Source of the DNA: Bdellovibrionota bacterium FG-1
GTDB lineage: Bacteria > Bdellovibrionota > UBA1018
Assembly: GCA_051382295.1 (NCBI GenBank)
Contig: JBBCAW010000005.1
Coordinates: 62,367-126,366, forward strand
DNA length: 64,000 nt
Direction: 5' to 3'
In this document: piece by piece, positions 62,112 to 64,000 of the stretch
Layout: the number at the start of each line of letters is the position of its first letter
Numbering within the stretch: the first letter of the stretch is position 1
Notes under the pieces: generated by a model
Database searches by the model: none
What the model was told of the DNA's origin: nothing
Seen by the model: the letters and a program-made list of their open reading frames with translations, nothing else
Made by a program: the position numbers and the translations under genes

Positions 62112-63932
62112 TTATCGACTCATGCGGCGAGGTTCTTTCGCTTCTTTTTCCTTCTCCTCCTCCACTGCGGCGCGCTCTTGTTCGGCGGCATGGTCCTGTT
62201 CGACCGTGTTCGCGATTCGATATCGCGTTACCGTGGGCGGCTTTTCTTGGAGTTGTAGGGAAAGGGGAATGTCCCAGGTCAACACTTTGCCATCCAAAAA
62301 TGTGGCGAGCAGTCGACGTCCATCAGGTGAAAAAGCGATCTCTCCGACTGTTGCTTTTCCGCCCGTAAAATGGTCGATTCCTTGCCCGGTTTTAGAATCC
62401 CAAAGAAAAACCGTGCCGTGCTCGGATCCCGTAGCGAAGGTGACGCCATTAGGCGCAAAGGCTGCGGCGATCAGGTGGTCGTTTTCTTTTTCCCTTACGG
62501 ACATGATTGATTTTCCGTTTTGAGTATCCCACAGGGTCAGGCGTTGTTTTGAAGTCGTGGTGAGGGCCCGGCTCCCATCGGGTGAAAGATGGGCCAAAAC
62601 GGGACGGTAATGATCGTCTGGCTCGACCATCGTGCTGACTTTTTGGCCGGTCTGAGCGTCAAAGACACTGGATCCGACGGAGGAACTCAAGATGACCCGA
62701 GTGCCGTCACTCGAGAGCTCGGTTGAGTTGTGTTGTCCCACCAATCCTTTTACGGTGAGAGCGTCTCCTGCCTCGGTGTTCCAAATCTGAAAAACACCAT
62801 AATCCGCCGCAATGAGGAGTTTTTTCCCGTCCTTTGAAAAACGAACATCTCGGGTTTTTTCAGTGGGTTCACTGAATTTTTTGAGTCTTTTGCCAGTTTT
62901 TGCGTCCCATAGTTCGAGGGTTTGCCATGCTGTTCGCCACCAAGGGGCTGCTGAAATCGTGATTACTGTGCTCCCATCGGAAGAAATATCCATGGCTTTG
63001 AGAGGGGTGGCTTTTCTTCTGAGCACAGTGAGGAGCTTTCCGGTTGCGGTATCATAGATTTGGATCGCGCCCGTTTGCGTCTCCACTAAAACTCGCGTGC
63101 CGTCCTGAGAGGCGCGAATTTTAGTGAAGGAGTCCACTAAATCGGTGAGTTGCCAATGGACGGCGTTCGTCTTGCCATCGACGACTTGGATGCTCCCCCT
63201 TTTTTTTTGCCCAATCGTCCATTCGGAGGATCGAACGAGAATCCAAGGGCCATCGCCTAAAAACTGGGCGGATTCGAGGTGTTTGCCACTGTGTTGAGAG
63301 TGTTGCACGAGGATCGACGGGTGCGAGGGGAGCGTCTCATCACTGGGTACTCCTGATTCGCGGTAAGGCCCGGTCTTGGGCCTGGCCTGGGAGGTGTTTT
63401 TCCTAATTTGGATTTCAACGATTTGCCCATCCAAGTAAGAAAGACTTGTTGTTGTTCCGTTAGAACGGGTGTGAGCCGGACGTTGGGCCTGGTAGGTGTG
63501 TTTTCCAATCTGGATTTCAACGACTTGCCCATCCAAGTAAGAAAGACTCGCTGCTGTTCCGTTAGCAAGGGTATGGGTAATGGGGTCTTTTTGGGGGGCG
63601 TCCTTCGAACGATCTTGTGATTCGATTTTTTGGAGAGTTTCGAGGTCAATGATTCCGAGTTGGTGGAGGCGTCTGAGTGCGGCATAATCTCCCCCTCCAT
63701 AGCCGAAGGATGCGGTTTTTGAGAGCTGCCACCACGCGTTTGTGGAAAGTTGGTTGAACACTTGCTGAAGACAGGGTCGAGAAGACCTCGGGTCATTTGC
63801 CCACGCGCCGTTGCTCGCCCCGCATAGAGCGGCTGCCAAAATCAGGGTGCCTAACCCCAGGGATTTTCCTGCCCCCCGGCGGCCACTTGAAAAGCGGCCA
63901 GTCGTGGCCGGGTCAAAACCGGCCAGCGGCAA
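62112..63932 (-). CDS. WD40-repeat exported protein with N-terminal 34-aa duplication; start uncertain
   Basis: Repeated S.DG...LWD..TG units. Confidence 0.88.
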   Translation of the reverse strand: MPLAGFDPATTGRFSSGRRGAGKSLGLGTLILAAALCGASNGAWANDPRSSRPCLQQVFNQLSTNAWWQLSKTASFGYGGGDYAALRRLHQLGIIDLETLQKIESQDRSKDAPQKDPITHTLANGTAASLSYLDGQVVEIQIGKHTYQAQRPAHTRSNGTTTSLSYLDGQIVEIQIRKNTSQARPKTGPYRESGVPSDETLPSHPSILVQHSQHSGKHLESAQFLGDGPWILVRSSEWTIGQKKRGSIQVVDGKTNAVHWQLTDLVDSFTKIRASQDGTRVLVETQTGAIQIYDTATGKLLTVLRRKATPLKAMDISSDGSTVITISAAPWWRTAWQTLELWDAKTGKRLKKFSEPTEKTRDVRFSKDGKKLLIAADYGVFQIWNTEAGDALTVKGLVGQHNSTELSSDGTRVILSSSVGSSVFDAQTGQKVSTMVEPDDHYRPVLAHLSPDGSRALTTTSKQRLTLWDTQNGKSIMSVREKENDHLIAAAFAPNGVTFATGSEHGTVFLWDSKTGQGIDHFTGGKATVGEIAFSPDGRRLLATFLDGKVLTWDIPLSLQLQEKPPTVTRYRIANTVEQDHAAEQERAAVEEEKEKEAKEPRRMSR

Positions 63933-64000
63933 GACGTCCCACGGACTTAACCTGAATCGCTCTTGTTGGCAATCCTGGCCGCAGCCTGTTTGAGACGGTA

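Overview
About 64 kb of bacterial chromosome, roughly 50-55% GC by eye. Gene content and style suggest a deltaproteobacteria-like lineage, most plausibly Bdellovibrionota/Oligoflexia; this is inference, and no rRNA is present. Most of the window is housekeeping: miaB-guaB-guaA, msrBA, rluB-scpB-scpA-trpS-xerD, mutY-copA-copZ, mutS, pyk, kdsD, suhB, hflX, rimP-nusA-infB-rbfA-truB and gloA, interspersed with secreted peptidases and hypothetical proteins. The most unusual feature is at the left edge (1-1127 and continuing off-window): a tandem array of ~430-445 bp units. On the minus strand each unit carries a sigma54 (-24/-12) promoter, conserved upstream boxes, a leader that hides a strong Shine-Dalgarno in a hairpin, and a ~50-aa basic-then-hydrophobic peptide. 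The two complete units also have a 3' tail complementary to the transcript 5' end. This is a type I toxin-antitoxin-like architecture, but under sigma54 control. Other notable items: a family of ~110-nt branched palindromic elements with CA(N)GGA loops (CsrA-site-like), a GcvH-like protein lacking the lipoyl-lysine next to a sensorless degenerate kinase, a plant-like GuaA, an aminoacyl-lipid synthase/rhomboid-like fusion coupled to an MFS gene, and several gene remnants. No tRNA, rRNA, CRISPR array or intact transposase was recognised. No database searches were run; all family calls rest on motifs recognised by eye.
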